64,000 bases of DNA from the NCBI GenBank assembly GCA_030704615.1, contig CM060733.1:65596001-65660000 (forward strand). Reading direction: 5' to 3'. The stretch is from Takakia lepidozioides (lineage: Eukaryota; Plantae; Bryophyta). Of the stretch, positions 48,661 to 62,900 are shown piece by piece. Both the position numbers and the translations under genes were made by a program. Every line of letters starts with the position of its first letter. Positions within the stretch are counted from its first letter, which is position 1. The notes below the pieces were generated by a model. The model searched no databases and had not been told where the DNA came from. It saw nothing but the letters and a program-made list of their open reading frames with translations.

Positions 48661-51421
48661 GGGCCCTCCACCAATCTGGAAAGGATTACCCACCACAAGT
48701 AGCACTATACTGTCCTTCACAAATCAAACACAGAGGTAGGATCATGAAAAACATAGAGTAGTTTAGTTTTTCAGATTTCAGGATGAATCCACAGTCAGCC
48801 ACCATCTTCACTCCTCTGTAATCCTCATGGTACCCTGCAGCACTTAGCAATCAGCATATTAAGCAGAAGCCCTCACCTGTGCCCGTCCCAAAAACCACCA
48901 CAAAATTAATTGTGTGTTAGTGAGGATGCACGAGGTGAATGGCAGGCTTCCACGCTTGCTATCGAGGTCAAATACACATCATACTAAGTACAGAGAACAC
49001 CATAAAGTACCGGGAGATCAACAAACAGAAAAGAGAACCTTTTAAACTGTTTGGGGGATGGTAGCCATTGCTCCATAACCCAGTTGTTATGGGAAAGCCT
49101 CTACCATCACCACAGCACACACACCTAACAGCAGCAAGGTCTTGCAAATCACTATTGAGCAAGAAAGAGAGCTGTGTCAAGCATGCTAGGGTTTATATAA
49201 AGGGAAGAGATATCATGCTGAAACAAATGCTTAACGAAGGGGAAAATACGCGTTCACCTCTACCTCACTTCTAGGGCATAGATAGAGGTGGCTACATACA
49301 TCAAACAATGAAATTTGGAAACTCACCTTATTTTGTAAAAATTGAACGGTAGTTCTCAGAATTCGTCGCTAGTACTGCGGAGCAACGTGAAGCCCTAGTT
49401 ACTGTTTAACATTATATTGATGTCAAGAATCGTGGACTAGCCTAGTGGTATGGAGTTGGTCGTGGTGTGAAGGTGGTCTCGAGCTCAAATCTGCATAGCG
49501 GTATATACATATTTTGGAAGTTTTCGAAAAATTCAAGACACCATGTGATTTGAACCCACGATGATGTTCATATCTATGATAAACCTTACCACTACGCTAC
49601 CCTCCTAAACATGCTAGTCCTTTGCTGTAGACTTATATTTAAGGTGTTGCTTATCCCCCCATGTATGTATAATGTTGTACATGGGGGGATTAAAAATACC
49701 CCCCTCCTGTGCACGCACGTGGCTGGTACAGGTTGGTTGGGGTGCACCCCCCAGGCATGATACCCATGTGATTTTACTATGAACACTTGAATTCCAGCCC
49801 TTGAAATGACTTACCAATTATGGCTCTTCAGCATAGGTTTGTTTTTTAGGCTTAGAGACCAGCATGATACCCATGTGGTTGTATTTGAGAACACCTGGAT
49901 TCCAGCTCATTGGCACCAAACAAAGGCTGACCTGCTACATAGTATTATACCAGCTGCTTATATAATAAACTCTTGCAATTGTATGAATGCATGGTGTGGA
50001 TGAGAGCCCACCATCCCACCCTGACCGGTGATTTTAATTTTGATTCCTGCAGATGTTGAATCATTATGGTAACCTACTCTTTGGTTTTTGCAAAATACTG
50101 ACATACACACCATGTGGTGTATGAAGGAAATTCTGGATGTTCCAGTTTGATGATTGATGGATGGTGCCACTGTAAAGTGGCTGACATGTCTCTTCTTTTA
50201 TTGACAAAGACCTAGGTAGTGGTCTTGTCTATGTCTTGACAAATATATCTTCCCTCTCTCTCCCTCTGTCCCATCAAGTTGTGGAGAGAGATGGAGAGAG
50301 GGAGAGAGAGGGACAGTTGAGTGAATAAATAAATAAAAAAGAAGGTGGGGGGGGGGGAGTGACTGAGTAGCTGCCGCTGCCTCTCTCCCTCTCTCTCCCT
50401 CTGTTACCTGGGTCTATGGAATTGTTATCCCGACTTCCATATTTTGGGTGCCTAAAATCTGGGTTGTAGGGAAAACCGGATGAATTTCATCCTGGTTTCA
50501 TCCGTTTTACCTTTGCACGTATCTGATTTTTCATTTATTGCCTACGATTTTTCAGTATAGCCTACCTTGATTGCATCCAGCCTATACCATAGCTGTGATT
50601 TGTTGAACCTTAGTGTAATTTCCCGATTTTTCTCATCCTACCTTGATGGAAATTGGAATCTGTCCGCCAGGTTCAAGGCTACGCTGGATGAAATTCATCC
50701 GGACAATGGATGACTGTTGTGGCAAGACAAGGTAAGGTCCCTGCGCAACCCTATATTTGCCTCTTGCATTGAAGGATCGCGCAATGGTGGCATGGAGGAG
50801 GAGAAGGTGCTCGAGCTGCAGTTACGTTGAGTTGCCGCTCCTTGGGTTGTTTAAAGACTCTATGAATGCCGCCTCTATGGATTCAATAAGGAGACGACGG
50901 TTCTTTTGAGGTGAGTGAAGGCACTCTTGCTCTTCTGTTTGGTTTCCTACTGCACAAGGGAACAGGGGCAATGATGGCCGATGTACTGCTTGCCTCTTTG
51001 GAGATTCCCTAGGAGCCCTTCCCCCTGGATCATTGATGAATGGCGGCGCTCCCATCCGAAATAAGGAAGTATCCGAAATCCGGTTGTTTATCCGTTGCTC
51101 ATCCTTCTTCTTTTTTTAAAATTAAAGGGAAACACAGGTGTACAACAGCTCACAAATCAGGCCCCTTGATATCATCTGGGTGGCACTCAGTTTACTAACC
51201 AACTTAGGTACTGACTGTTGGCCATCCTTTAGTTTCTCAACATTTAGCTTTATTATCTTGATAAAAAATGATTGTCTTGATAAAAATGCCTCAATACAGC
51301 AGCGACCTAGCTCCTTTCTAACCCCTCTGACCATTTGTTTATATGGGCAATTGATGTAGATTTCAAAGTAGTTTGGATTCTTGATTTAATGTCCCGGTAG
51401 CTATATAAACTATTCTAAGTG

Positions 51422-52850
51422 TCAAATTGTCGTACAAGGAAGAACAAGCTCATGTGAAATGTGATGGGACATACAGCTTGTTGTTAGGCGCTGGGAAAAT
51501 TTAAGGAGAACGTTCTGCTGCTCAGATGGATCCCACCTGGTAGCTGCAGCATAGATATTTGATAGCAACACATAAGTCGCGGCATCCTGTTCATCCGATG
51601 GGAGGATAGATGTTGCCGCACATTCAGCCATCTCTACATTGCCATGGATTCTGCAGGCACCAAGCAAGGCCTTCCACACCACAACATCTGGATTGATGGC
51701 ATTTTATTAATCGGGTCCACTGCTCAACCAGTTGTCTGGCACGTCCAAGAAGGTCCACCATGCAGCCAAAGTGCACTTATTGTCAGAGTGACACCATGAT
51801 CTTGACTTAGGGAATCCCAATAGCGTCTTTTTTCATCCAGTAGGCCAGTGTGGCTGCATGCAGAGAGAACACATATAAAGGTGATATTGTCCAACTTGAA
51901 GCCTTCCCTCTGCATTATTCCAAATAGCCAAATAGTTGCAGGGCCTCCATATGACAACCATGCTGGGCATATCCAGCAATCATCATGGTCCAAGACACCA
52001 CATCTCGTTCAGTCATATTGTCGACCGCTCCCTTCGCATCCTCGATGCACCACATTTCGCATACATGTCCACCAGGGTTGTGTTTAGAATCACATTTGGT
52101 ACAGTACCAGCTTTGATGATGTTACCATCATGGACCTCTTTGCCCTTTTCTAGGGCTGCCAAGCTCGCACACACATTGCAAATGCACAAGAACATGATGT
52201 GATTTGGCTTAATCCATTTCCCGCATCATTTGCTCATAGGTCTCCATAGCCTCCATCCCACACTCATGATGTTGTCATGGCACTCCAAGACACCACATTT
52301 CGTTTAGCCATATTGTCGAACACTCCCTTCGCGTCTTCAATGCACCCACATTTGGCATACATATCCACCAGGGCACTGTGAGCAAATGATGGGGGAAGGG
52401 GTGAAGCCCGACCACATCAGGTTTGTGCGTTTGCAGTGTGTGTGCAAGCCTGGCAGCCCTGGAAAAGGGCAGAGGGTTTATGGTTGCATTGCCAAAGCTG
52501 GAATTCTACCAGATGTGGTTCTGAATAATACCCTCGTGGACATGTATGCCAAATGTGGGTGCATCGAGGATGTGGAGGGAGTGTTCGACCATATGGCCAA
52601 ACGAGTGTGGTAGGCTCGGAGTGCCATGATCGCAGGATATGCACAGCAGGGGCGCGGGATGGAGGCTATGGAGCCCTACAAGCAAATGATGTGGGAAGGG
52701 GTGAAGCCCTGTTGTCAAGCTGGAATTGTACCAGATGTCATTCCAAACAGGTATCCAAAGCCTCCTCCCGGGCCCCTGCTGTGCATACCCTGCAAGCATC
52801 ATGTTCCACGACACCACATCATGTTCGGCCATAGTGTCGAACCCTCCCCT
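51422..52850. pseudogene. PLS-class PPR (E-domain) pseudogene pieces in alternating orientation: - 51422-52380, + 52386-52750, - 52750-52850
   Basis: VWKALLGACRIHGNVEMAE...TYVLLSNIYA; ITFICVLSACSHTGL; [10 protein letters not shown] on both strands; DVVSWNMMLAGYAQQG; many frameshifts. Confidence 0.9.
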
Positions 52851-55839
52851 CATCCTCAGAGTCATCATCATCCATTTTCTCTCTCCTGAGCATTCCCAAT
52901 TGCTCAATTCTGTTTGCAGTTTCAAATGCCTCCCCCACTGTATTATGGGGTAACATATCCACTTTCTTCTGCAACTCTGGTCTTAGTCCACTCACAAACC
53001 AAGTCTTCTGTAAACCTGGTGCTGGTACAGCAGCCAGCTTTTTCATCATCAATTCCATCTTTTCCATATACTCCTCAACAGTTTCATGCTTCTTTTGCTT
53101 TAACTCTTGTAAACTTCCATACACTTCATCCTCAGTTTTACTTGTCCTGAACCTATTTCGGAATGCTATATTCAAGCCATTCCAGGTTAGGAAATGATTA
53201 TCAGGGAATCTTGCATACCATTCACTTGCTTTCTTGATAAGTGAACAAGGAAACAATCTCATCTTGGCATCATCGCCATTCTCATTGTTCACTATACACA
53301 TGTGTTTAAATTGGCTAATGTGTACATCGGGATCCCCTTTTCCTGAATATATTGGAAAATGTGGTTTTGCCTGTGTTGGTTGTAACGCCATCTGTGGCCC
53401 TACCTTCTGCCTACTGACAGGTGCTGGCACCCTTGCTAGTGCTGGTCCTCGTGGACCTGTTGTAGTTGTGGTGGTTCTTCCACCAAGTGGTGGCCCCTGA
53501 GCACTCCTTGCTACTGGCCCCACGATATTCACAGTATTCCCAGCTCCAGTTGCACTACTTCCCACACTCCCTGTCCCCCCAGAGCCAGATCCAGGCAGCC
53601 CGCCTGATCCCCCTGAGCCGACACCTTCGTTGGCCTGTGATCCAAGTGCTTCACTTGTTCCAGGTCCAACGGGTTGGGATGTCCTGGTTGTAGTCTCAAC
53701 CTCAGTTGTTGGGTCTACTTTTTCATACTCTTCCTCTTCCAATTTCTTCTCTCTGTTTTCATCCTCCAAGTTCTGCCCTTGGGTTTCTTCTTCACTCATG
53801 TAACTCAACTGCAATGGTGTTGGAGAGTCTGAACTCTCCGTTGGCTCTGCCACATCCTCTCCTCCTTCTTCACCTTCCGCTTCAGAAACTGGAGTTCCTG
53901 CTTTTGGTGTTCCATGCCAACACTTATCAAAGATTTCTGTCAAATCTTTTATCTAGGGATGTACCTCAGATCTTTCACCTCGTGATTGATCTTCTTCTCG
54001 TACCAATTCCCTTAATCTTTCTTGCAAAGAAAAAGAAGGAGTGGCATCCCGCTCTAGTTCTTCCGGTATGGGTGATGTACTCCCTGATCTTAATGGTGTG
54101 AGAGGTCCAGATGATTCCCCTATGTCTATTCCTCTCTCCCAAAGATATGGATAATTAGCTTTCAGATAGCTTTATCTTTTTGCTGAATATCTCTGGAGTC
54201 TAGCTTCTCTTTCATCACTCATGTCCCATGTCTTTCATTTCTTTTAATGTGGCAATAACCAAAACTCTCTTCTGTAATATCTCTCGTATATGCCTGGGTT
54301 TCTTTCAAGCTTCAATGCACCCTTGGCTATACTAGAAGTCTCCGTTACCATATAACCATATGGCAAACAAGTCTGGAAAGCTGTTCTTGGTGTGAGTTTG
54401 ATCCACAAAATATCTTTTGGAATCCAATTCTTTACCAGTACAAGCTCTTCATGCATATGAGTATAAACATTCACCTTCATTTCCTCCCAGCCTTCAAACT
54501 CTACTCGCTTAATGGATAGCAATGCTATCACATAAACCAGTGTTGGTAACCAACGTGCTCTTCCTCTACAAGCCACCTGATAAATCTTTATCACTCCTTT
54601 CTCCAGACCCCACTCGGGGTCAGCATCATGCACTCTCTTAAGAATGTTTTCTTTACAACCGTCTGGCAATTCCAAGAACCTCTGAAAAAATCGTTTGGAC
54701 AATCTTTCCTTCTCAGTTTCACAAGGAATTTGATTCACATCAAATTCTTTAATTCTCCAACCACCATGATCCCACCCGATGCATGTCACATCTGGTTGTT
54801 CATGACCTAGTTCCCCAGTATGGTCGCCAAATGTCGAGCGGCTTTTACTCACCCATCCCTTCGCTATCCGAGGTGGGAACTCCAGGATAGAAGAGTTGGA
54901 AATCTCTAAGCACTCAGCCCGCTCAGAACAATCAGTCATGACCTACAGCTAGTGTATCATGGGGGTGTTTCCTATTTGTACTCCTTCTCGCATTCATGTT
55001 AGCGAGTTACCTTACTATCTGCAATTAAGTATCAGTTTGCCTCAGAAATCTATCAAGTTCCATCCATTCATTCCACAGCTTCACTCAGGTCTCTCTACAC
55101 AGTGTGAGTATGAAGTATGTATCAGATTAATATCTATCAAGTATCAGGCTGAAGCCATGGAGTCTCTAATCTACTCTACATTACAATTCTACAGCTTGCA
55201 TTCATCAAGTAACAACAGATCGTCACTTCTCCTACTCCGTGCTCTTCATCTTTCCACTCAGAGATATGCTCTCCCCTCTATTTCCCAAGCCCTGATGCCA
55301 GAAGTCCCCCACCAAGAAGTGATTTCTCCACCCCCCCCGCTCTTCGCTTTTTCTACCTACAAGCTGTTCTAACCGCTTTCCTAACTAACCGTCATCCCTG
55401 TAGTACACGTTCTTTTTTCAGATGTCGTTCCCCCACCGTCGTTCCCTGCCAATGATAACTGTTCCCCAGCTGTGCCGAGCTGTAACTGGCTGTATCGGGC
55501 TGTGTCGGGCTGTGTAAGGCTGTGCGAAGCTGTGGCGGCTGTATCGGGCTATGACTGGCCGTGTTGGGTTGTGTCGACTATGCGAAGCTGTGACGGCTGT
55601 TTCTGACTGTGTCGGCTGTGTCGAATGTGTCGGACTGTGACAGGCTGTGTTGGCTGTGTTGACTGTGACTGGCTGTGTTGGACTGTGACGGGCTGTGAGG
55701 GCTATGTCGGGCTGTGTATCTCCTCCCTAAAGCCTGTTGTTGTCACCCCTAAGGCTCCTGTTGGTCTCAGTCTGTGTAAAAATTAAGGGTACCCCACAGA
55801 TCCCGTAAAAGTGTCTAAGTCCCAAGCAGCCCTCTAACA
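52851..55839 (-). mobile_element. Inverted 5' half of a non-chromoviral gypsy element: 5' LTR (55839-54832), tRNA-type PBS (~54829-54811), gag
   Basis: The minus-strand LTR starts TGTTAGAGGGCTGC and ends CA, followed by TTTGGCGACCATACTGGGGA. gag reads FPIYSGKGDPDVHISQF...LFPCSL...KQKKHETVEEY...FVSGLRP. GCTGTG microrepeats lie at 55470-55720. Confidence 0.85.
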
Positions 55840-56117
55840 GACTTGATGAGGAGCAGGAAGCTACCCTGTTCGCTGTACACCCAGAGTGGGAGCAAGTTGC
55901 AGAGATGCAGCTGGAAGGCCTAAGTTGTTTAAAAGGTATCTGTTGTGGTGTAGTGACAGCAACACCAATTGAAGGTGAAACAAGCAGTTACCCACCACAT
56001 TTCTATGAAGAAAGAGAGGGAGAAATGGAAATCCTAGAGGAACCAGCCACTGTGAGTTTACAGGATGAAGTGGTGACTGGTTGGACAATCACAGGTGATG
56101 AGTAGGTGAGAGAAGTG

Positions 56118-56438
56118 ACTTGCGCTCCGGCTATCATCAAATTCGGGTGGCGGAAGGAGATGAGGAGAAGACCGCGTGCAGGACAAGGTACGGTTCATAT
56201 GAGTTCTTGGTGATGCCTTTTGGGCTCACCAATACACCAGCGACATTTAGCACGCTGATGAACAGCCTTTTCCAGGAGTGGTTGGATGACTTTGTGATCG
56301 TGTACATCGACGACATCTTGGTGTACTCGAAAACAAAGGAAGAGCACCTGGAGCACCTGAAAAGGGTGTTCCAAAAATTGCAAGAAGGGAAGCTGTATGC
56401 CAAAGCTTCAAAGTGCGAATTCGGGGTCACAAAAGTGG
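56118..56438 (+). pseudogene. Inserted RT fragment from a different (chromovirus-like) gypsy lineage
   Basis: [39 protein letters not shown]...YIDD...KCEF interrupts VREV|GTEEEPR of the surrounding pol. Confidence 0.85.
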
Positions 56439-59400
56439 AACTGAAGAGGAACCGAGGATGGTGAAGGTAGGGGCTGATTTGGAGCCAGAATTCTTTGAGG
56501 AAACTAAGAGTTTGTTCATCAAATACAGAGATGTATTTGCTTGGAGCTATGAGGATCTAAAAGGGATACCACCTGAGATCTGTCAACATAAGATTGAACT
56601 GGAACCACGGTCAGTACCAATCAAGCAGGCAAGGTACAGAATGAATCCCAACTATGCACAGAAGGTTGGAGAAGAGATCAAGAAGTTGGCTGAGGCTAAG
56701 TTTATATACCCGATAGAGTATACAACTTGGTTGTCACCCATTGTGATAGTTCCCAAGAAGAATGGTAAACTGAGAGTTTGTGTGAACTATAAGAAGTTGA
56801 ATGCTTGCACGAAGAAAGATCATTTCCCTTTGCCATTCACAGAAGCGGTATTGGACATTGTGGCAGGCCATGAGATGTACTCATTCATGGATGGCTTCAG
56901 TGGTTATAATCAAGTGCAAGTGGCAGAAGAAGACCAGGGAAAGACATCTTTCATCACAGACTGGGGTGCTTATGCATACAAAGTCATGTCTTTTGGACTT
57001 TGTAATGCACCAGCAACCTTTCAGAGAGTGATAAGTGAATCTTTTCATGAGTATCTGGATGATTTCATGCAGGAGTTCTTGGATGATTTCAGTGTGTACA
57101 GCTCTAAGAATGAGCACTTGCATAAATTGGAGTTATGTTTGGCCAGATGCAGGATGAGAGGTCTGGGCCTGAATCCAGAGAAGTGTACTTTCTGTGTGAA
57201 CTCAGGGGTGCTTTTGGGACACATTGTGTGTAAGAAGGGACTTCTTGTGGATCCCAGGAAGACAGAGGCCATTAAAGCCTCTCCACCACCAGTAAATGTT
57301 AAGAGTCTAAGGAGATTCCTTGGACAAACCAGTTATTACAGAAGATTTGTCAAAAGGTATGCACAGATAGCAGCACCATTGAGCAAGCTTCTGAAGAAAG
57401 ATGCAGTGTTTGCATGGACAGCTGAATGTCAACAGCTTTTTGAGGAACTTACATTGTCAGTAACAACTACACATGTGCTGATTAACCCTCACTGGCATAT
57501 AGTATTTCATGTTCACTGTGATGCCTCGGGAGAAGCGTTGGGAGCGGTGTTAGCCCAAAATGTTACAGGAAATATAGATTCACCTGTGTACTATGCTAGC
57601 AGGTTGATGAATAGTGCTGAAAGGAACTATAGCACAACTGAAAGAGAAGCACTGACAATGATTTATGCGGTCAAGAAATTCAGGCATTACCTATTGGGAA
57701 GAAAGTTTATGTTTTATGTGGATCACCAGGCTCTGATATATCTGGTGAACAAACCTTTGATAAGTGGAAGGATAACAAGGTGGTTAATAATCTTGCACGA
57801 GTTTGAGTTCAAAGTTGTTTACAAGCCTCGCCGTTTGCATCTTGTGGCAGATCATTTGTCACACCTAACAACAGGAGAGCCCGCCACAGGAGTAGACGAC
57901 CAATTACCTGATGCGAGTTTATTTGCAATGGAGGTATAGGGAAGTGCAGATGAATGGTTAGATTGGCAGTGGCCAATCAGATACTACCTTACTCATGGTC
58001 AGTGCCCACCTAGTTATGGTAAGGAGCAGAGGAAGATAATCGCTATCAAGGCTTTACCTTATACTATGGAAGGGGGCAGAATGTATAAGCTAGGACATGA
58101 TGGAGTACTTAAACGATGATTGTACCACCATGAAGTAAATAAAGTTTTGGAGGAAGTTCATAAAGGAGTGGCTGGAGGTCATTTTGGAGAAGAGACTACC
58201 AGTAGGAAGATACTACTTGCAGGTTACTGGTGGCCTACTTTATTCAAAGATGTACACAAGTATTGTCAGAGTTGTGATGAATGTCAGAGGCTAGGACCTT
58301 TGCAAAGATTTGGGAAGATGGCTTTGCATCCTACGATGCCTACTGAACCATTTCAGAAATGGGGATTAGACTTTGTTGGACCAATTAGCCCACCAGCCAA
58401 GAATACACAGAACAAGTACATAATTACAGCGATTGATTATACTACGAAGTGGGTGGAAGCTAAAGCTCTGAGGGACAACACAGCCAAGTCCACAGCAAAG
58501 TTCCTGTATGAGAATATACTTACACGATTTGGCTGTCCCTTGGAATTTATCAGTGACCAGGGAAGTCACTTCATTAATGAGACCATTGAACTATTGACTA
58601 AATAGTTCATGATTGTGCATAGGAAGAGTGCAACATATTACCCACATGGTCATGGGCAGGCAGAGGCTACCAACAAAATACTATGTACTATCTTGGCTAA
58701 GATAGTCAATGCAAACAGAACGGATTGGGTTACAAAGCTGCTGACAGCTTTGTGGTCATACAGGACTTCAGATAAAGTCACCACTAAGTATACATCATTC
58801 CAATTAGTTTATGGTATGGAAGCTTTACTTCCAGTGGAATTCTTGTTACCTACCATGAGAACTGAATGGGGAAAGAGAATGGAATTGGAAGATTCAATTA
58901 AGGTCAGGAAACATGAATTATACCATGTGGAAGAAGTACGTGCTGCTGATAACATGACCAGAATTCAGATGAAGTGGAAGGAACAGTTTGATGAAGGCAA
59001 ATTAAAGACTTTTAAGACGGGAGATTTGGTTCTCTGGTTGCAAAAGAAGGGGAAGATTAAAGCTTCTAAGCTTAAATCACCATGGAAATGACCTTATGTC
59101 ATACAAAAGATGTATGATAACAACACCGTCATGTTACAAACCATTAACAAAGAGATGCTGGGAAGAATCAATGCCAATAAGTTGAAGGGGTATAGTGGTA
59201 TCCATGACAAACCATTGCAGCACGATTTGCATGTTGAAACGCAAAAGCAGACACGGGCTGCGCCAGTGATACCAACGGAGTATGAAGCACTTGTCGTTAA
59301 GCCGAGCGTGTATGACCAAGGCGGGAAGTACAAGCGTGACACAGCCTATCACAGCCCACCACAGTGCCACACAGCCTGTCACAGCCCAACACAGCCCATA

Positions 59401-59968
59401 CAGATTACACAATCCATGGGGTCAGTGACAGGTGGACGCAAATTAACGTTTAAAAAATGGCCATCGAGTGAAGAGGAAGTTTGGAAGTCAAACTTGGAGA
59501 ATATGCCACGCGGAGAGGGGAAGTCGGGGGCCTATTTTGAAACAGACACGTGGCCACTAAGGCGTGGCACACAACACTGCATCAATTGCAAAAAAAAAAT
59601 CTCATCATGCAAACGGACAAATCGGGCCGTCAAAGTACCTACCCGGTACAACAGCTAATACTAAATGTGGGCCCATTAATGCATTCAGTGTAAGGGTAAC
59701 GGAACCCTTTCCGAGTACAGAATAGGGAAACCTATGCCACATGTGCTATCCTACTGGACATTCCAGGTGGGAATGTCCATGGAGGGGGGTGGAATTAAGA
59801 AATTACCTAAGCAGTCCACAGCCAATCAGGAGTGCGAATTACATGCAGGTGGTTCCCTCCAAGAAACAAGAACAGGAAATAGGAAGTGTTATGAGTGGAA
59901 GAGTCGGGGTGGCTCTGAATAGCCAAGGTCTCGACGGTAGGGGCAATCAAAGCACTAGTTTTGTAGCT

Positions 59969-62900
59969 ATGGCAGATGTAACGGATTACACACTCGCTTT
60001 ACTTCTCACGCAGTGGCGCAAGGATGGAAGCATTGAGAGTACATTTTCTCTCACTCGATACTTGCAAGCCCCACAGGCTTACACGCACTTACTTGTTCCA
60101 TTCTGTGCCAACCATACCTTCATGCTCTGTGCCCTGCAAGCTTTCCTTCAGCTATTTCAAACAAAGCCTTTTTGTTTGTCTAGAATGAAGAGAGTGAGGG
60201 GAATGGAGGATATCAGGGTGAAGAGCACCATGATTCTGCAGAAGCAAACAATTGCAGCACCGCAGACAGTACAGCTGCTAAGGGAGTTGCGATTGGAGGG
60301 GCTGCTACGCAAGGACTGGTCCTTGCATCATCGGCAGTTTATGATTCAATTTCTTCAGAACTTTGAGCCTCGGACGGGAGTTACTCAGGTGAGGGGAGTA
60401 GATATAGAAATTACTCCCCAGTACCTGCAGCAATTGTTTGATTTGCCATCAGGACATGTGGATGTGGATGAGCACAGGGCAAGATTGCAGATATGGAATT
60501 TGTTCCAAGAAGGGAGTTTCTTTAAAACTCAAGGTTACGCTTGTACCAAAGCCGAGTACCCAGGGCTTAGGGAAGTTGGCCAAATATTGAACGTTCTGTT
60601 TGCCATGAAACAGAACCAACAATATTTGAGCAGGTCATTCACAGAGGAGATCCTGAAAGCTTTGAGGGGAGAGGATGTTGCTTGGGCGGAGTTAATATAC
60701 AATGGACTGGTGGCGAGATGAAGAGGTTACAAGGCACTACTGCTAAGTCTCCGATCATTGTGTCTGGTCCAATTATTGCCCAAATCATTCTTGATTCTTG
60801 CATACTTGATACTCGGGAACGTAAGGAGATGGGAGTGTTTGAGGCAGAAACCACTGCAATTGAAGAGCAGGGCTCTTCACATAGTGAGGGTGGACTGGCA
60901 GGGCAACACCAGTCTAAGAGAGAGAGGCGGGGTATGACTGTAGTGACGGATCCACTGGCTTCACGGAAACCGCACGATGATGTTTCCCAAGCTCTTGTGT
61001 AGGATGGGGCACAGCAGCACAGAAGGTTGTTATTATTGGAAACGGAGGTACCAGGGGAAGAATATCAGGACACTGCAGCACCTGTGGAGGATGAGGTGGT
61101 TCAAGAAGAGAATCTGGTGGGGCAATGGCCTGAATGGTTGGTGAGGCATCACACTATGGAGGATCAGGGAGAACAGCAGCAAGTTCACCATGATGACCCT
61201 CAGCAGGCCATGCTTATGAGTTCCATAAGCAGAACACTTAATTTGTTGGGCACTTATGTGAAATCCCATGTTCCATCTACCCAATTGGCAACTTTGAGGG
61301 AGGAATTCAGGAAGGAGTTTGAGGCTCGAATTGCACTGAGTGTGCTAACAAGGTCGATGAGGAGGTCAATCTCAAGTTACAGCAAGAGTTAGAGGACACA
61401 AAGGCTGCTTTGCAGTTGGCCAAGGGACATTTGATTGAAGCAGGCCTCGCGCAGGACCAGTTGCATGAAGCACATAAGCAACAGTTATACCAAATGCAGG
61501 TGAAGCATGAGGGCAAGTTGCAAGAAATGAATGTACTACATACAGAGTTGCAGGCAGTACATGAGAAGATGACCATACAATGTGCTACACTCACAACTAC
61601 TCTTGAGCAAACTGCATTAGAAGTTAACAGACAAGGGGAGAGATATATGAAGGCAGAAGCAGAGATAATCGAGCAAACGAAACTCATTGTTGATATGAAG
61701 AATACAATCTGTCGCAATGAGAATACTTTCAAACAATACAGACAGGTTGAGGCTGACCAGGAGCGGTACATCCTGGAGTTGCAACAAACAGTCGTGGTCA
61801 ATAGAAATGAACTTTTTGTGGCTAACAAGGCTTGGAAGGAAGCCAATAATCTGGCTGCTGCCTATGCGAGTCTGGTTGAACCTCATGCGAAACGCATGGA
61901 GGCTTTACAACAGCAGTTAGATGTGTACAGACTCACGAAGGAGCAGACTCTCAGGGGTGCCACACACGACTTGGTGGATAACCACCTTATGCAGTTCTGG
62001 TTAACACAAAGGCCAGTGGAAGGTAAAGCACCACGGAAGCTCACCCAGGGCGAAATGAATGAGCTCAGACTGTAGGTGCAGAACATTGCCACAACTACTA
62101 TAGACAATGTCTATAGTAGGATAGCGGAGCTACAGGAAGATGTAGAAGGCCTGCAGACTCAGGTGGATGACCTGAGTTCAAATATTGACAAGAGAGTCTT
62201 TGTACCTGAGGAGCAGCTGGTGACTACTTATATACATGCCATGACTCTAATTTTTCAGTCTTCTTCGCAAGGGGTGCATGAGATGCCAGTGGTAGAAGGG
62301 CCAGTGGTACCAATACCACAATAAGTGACTGTGCAGGTAGCTGACCATGTTGTTACTACAGCCACACCACAGCCTGAGGTATGGGGGGATGCTGCTTTTA
62401 ACCCACCTAAGACTCCTGCTGCACGGGAGTACAGTCGGGCTATGATTATGCCCTTCAACCAAATTCCCATTGTGTTGGATTTGGCTTCGAAGGAATTTAG
62501 TCCTCCGCAGTCGTTGGCACATTACTACCAGATCATGCGCATTTGGCTGCCAGTGACAACTAGGACTAAGGTTCTTCCGAACAATCGACCCATTGAGGAT
62601 CATCACTTTGCGAGGTACTGGTCTGAAGCAGGTACCATGTTGAAGGAATTAATTGCCTTCCAAGTTGTACATGGGTACATTTATACCAAGACCAAGGAGG
62701 TATCAAGTATTGTCATGGGCTGTGGATTATACTATGCTGTTTGTTTTCTGGCACGTTATCACATTGAGCAACAGAGGATGCAATCCCGATTTCTAAGTTA
62801 TTCCAGTGGGGATCATTGGGTCTTACCTTCAGTGCCACCTCATATGTACCTATATGATACAAAAGTTATGATGTAGAAGGATTCCCAACTTCGTTCATGG

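Noticed and set aside
50455-50755. hAT-like MITE with GGATGAAATTCATCC palindromes
   Set aside because: The TIR match is weak and no TSD was found; it is probably a TE remnant but cannot be delimited.
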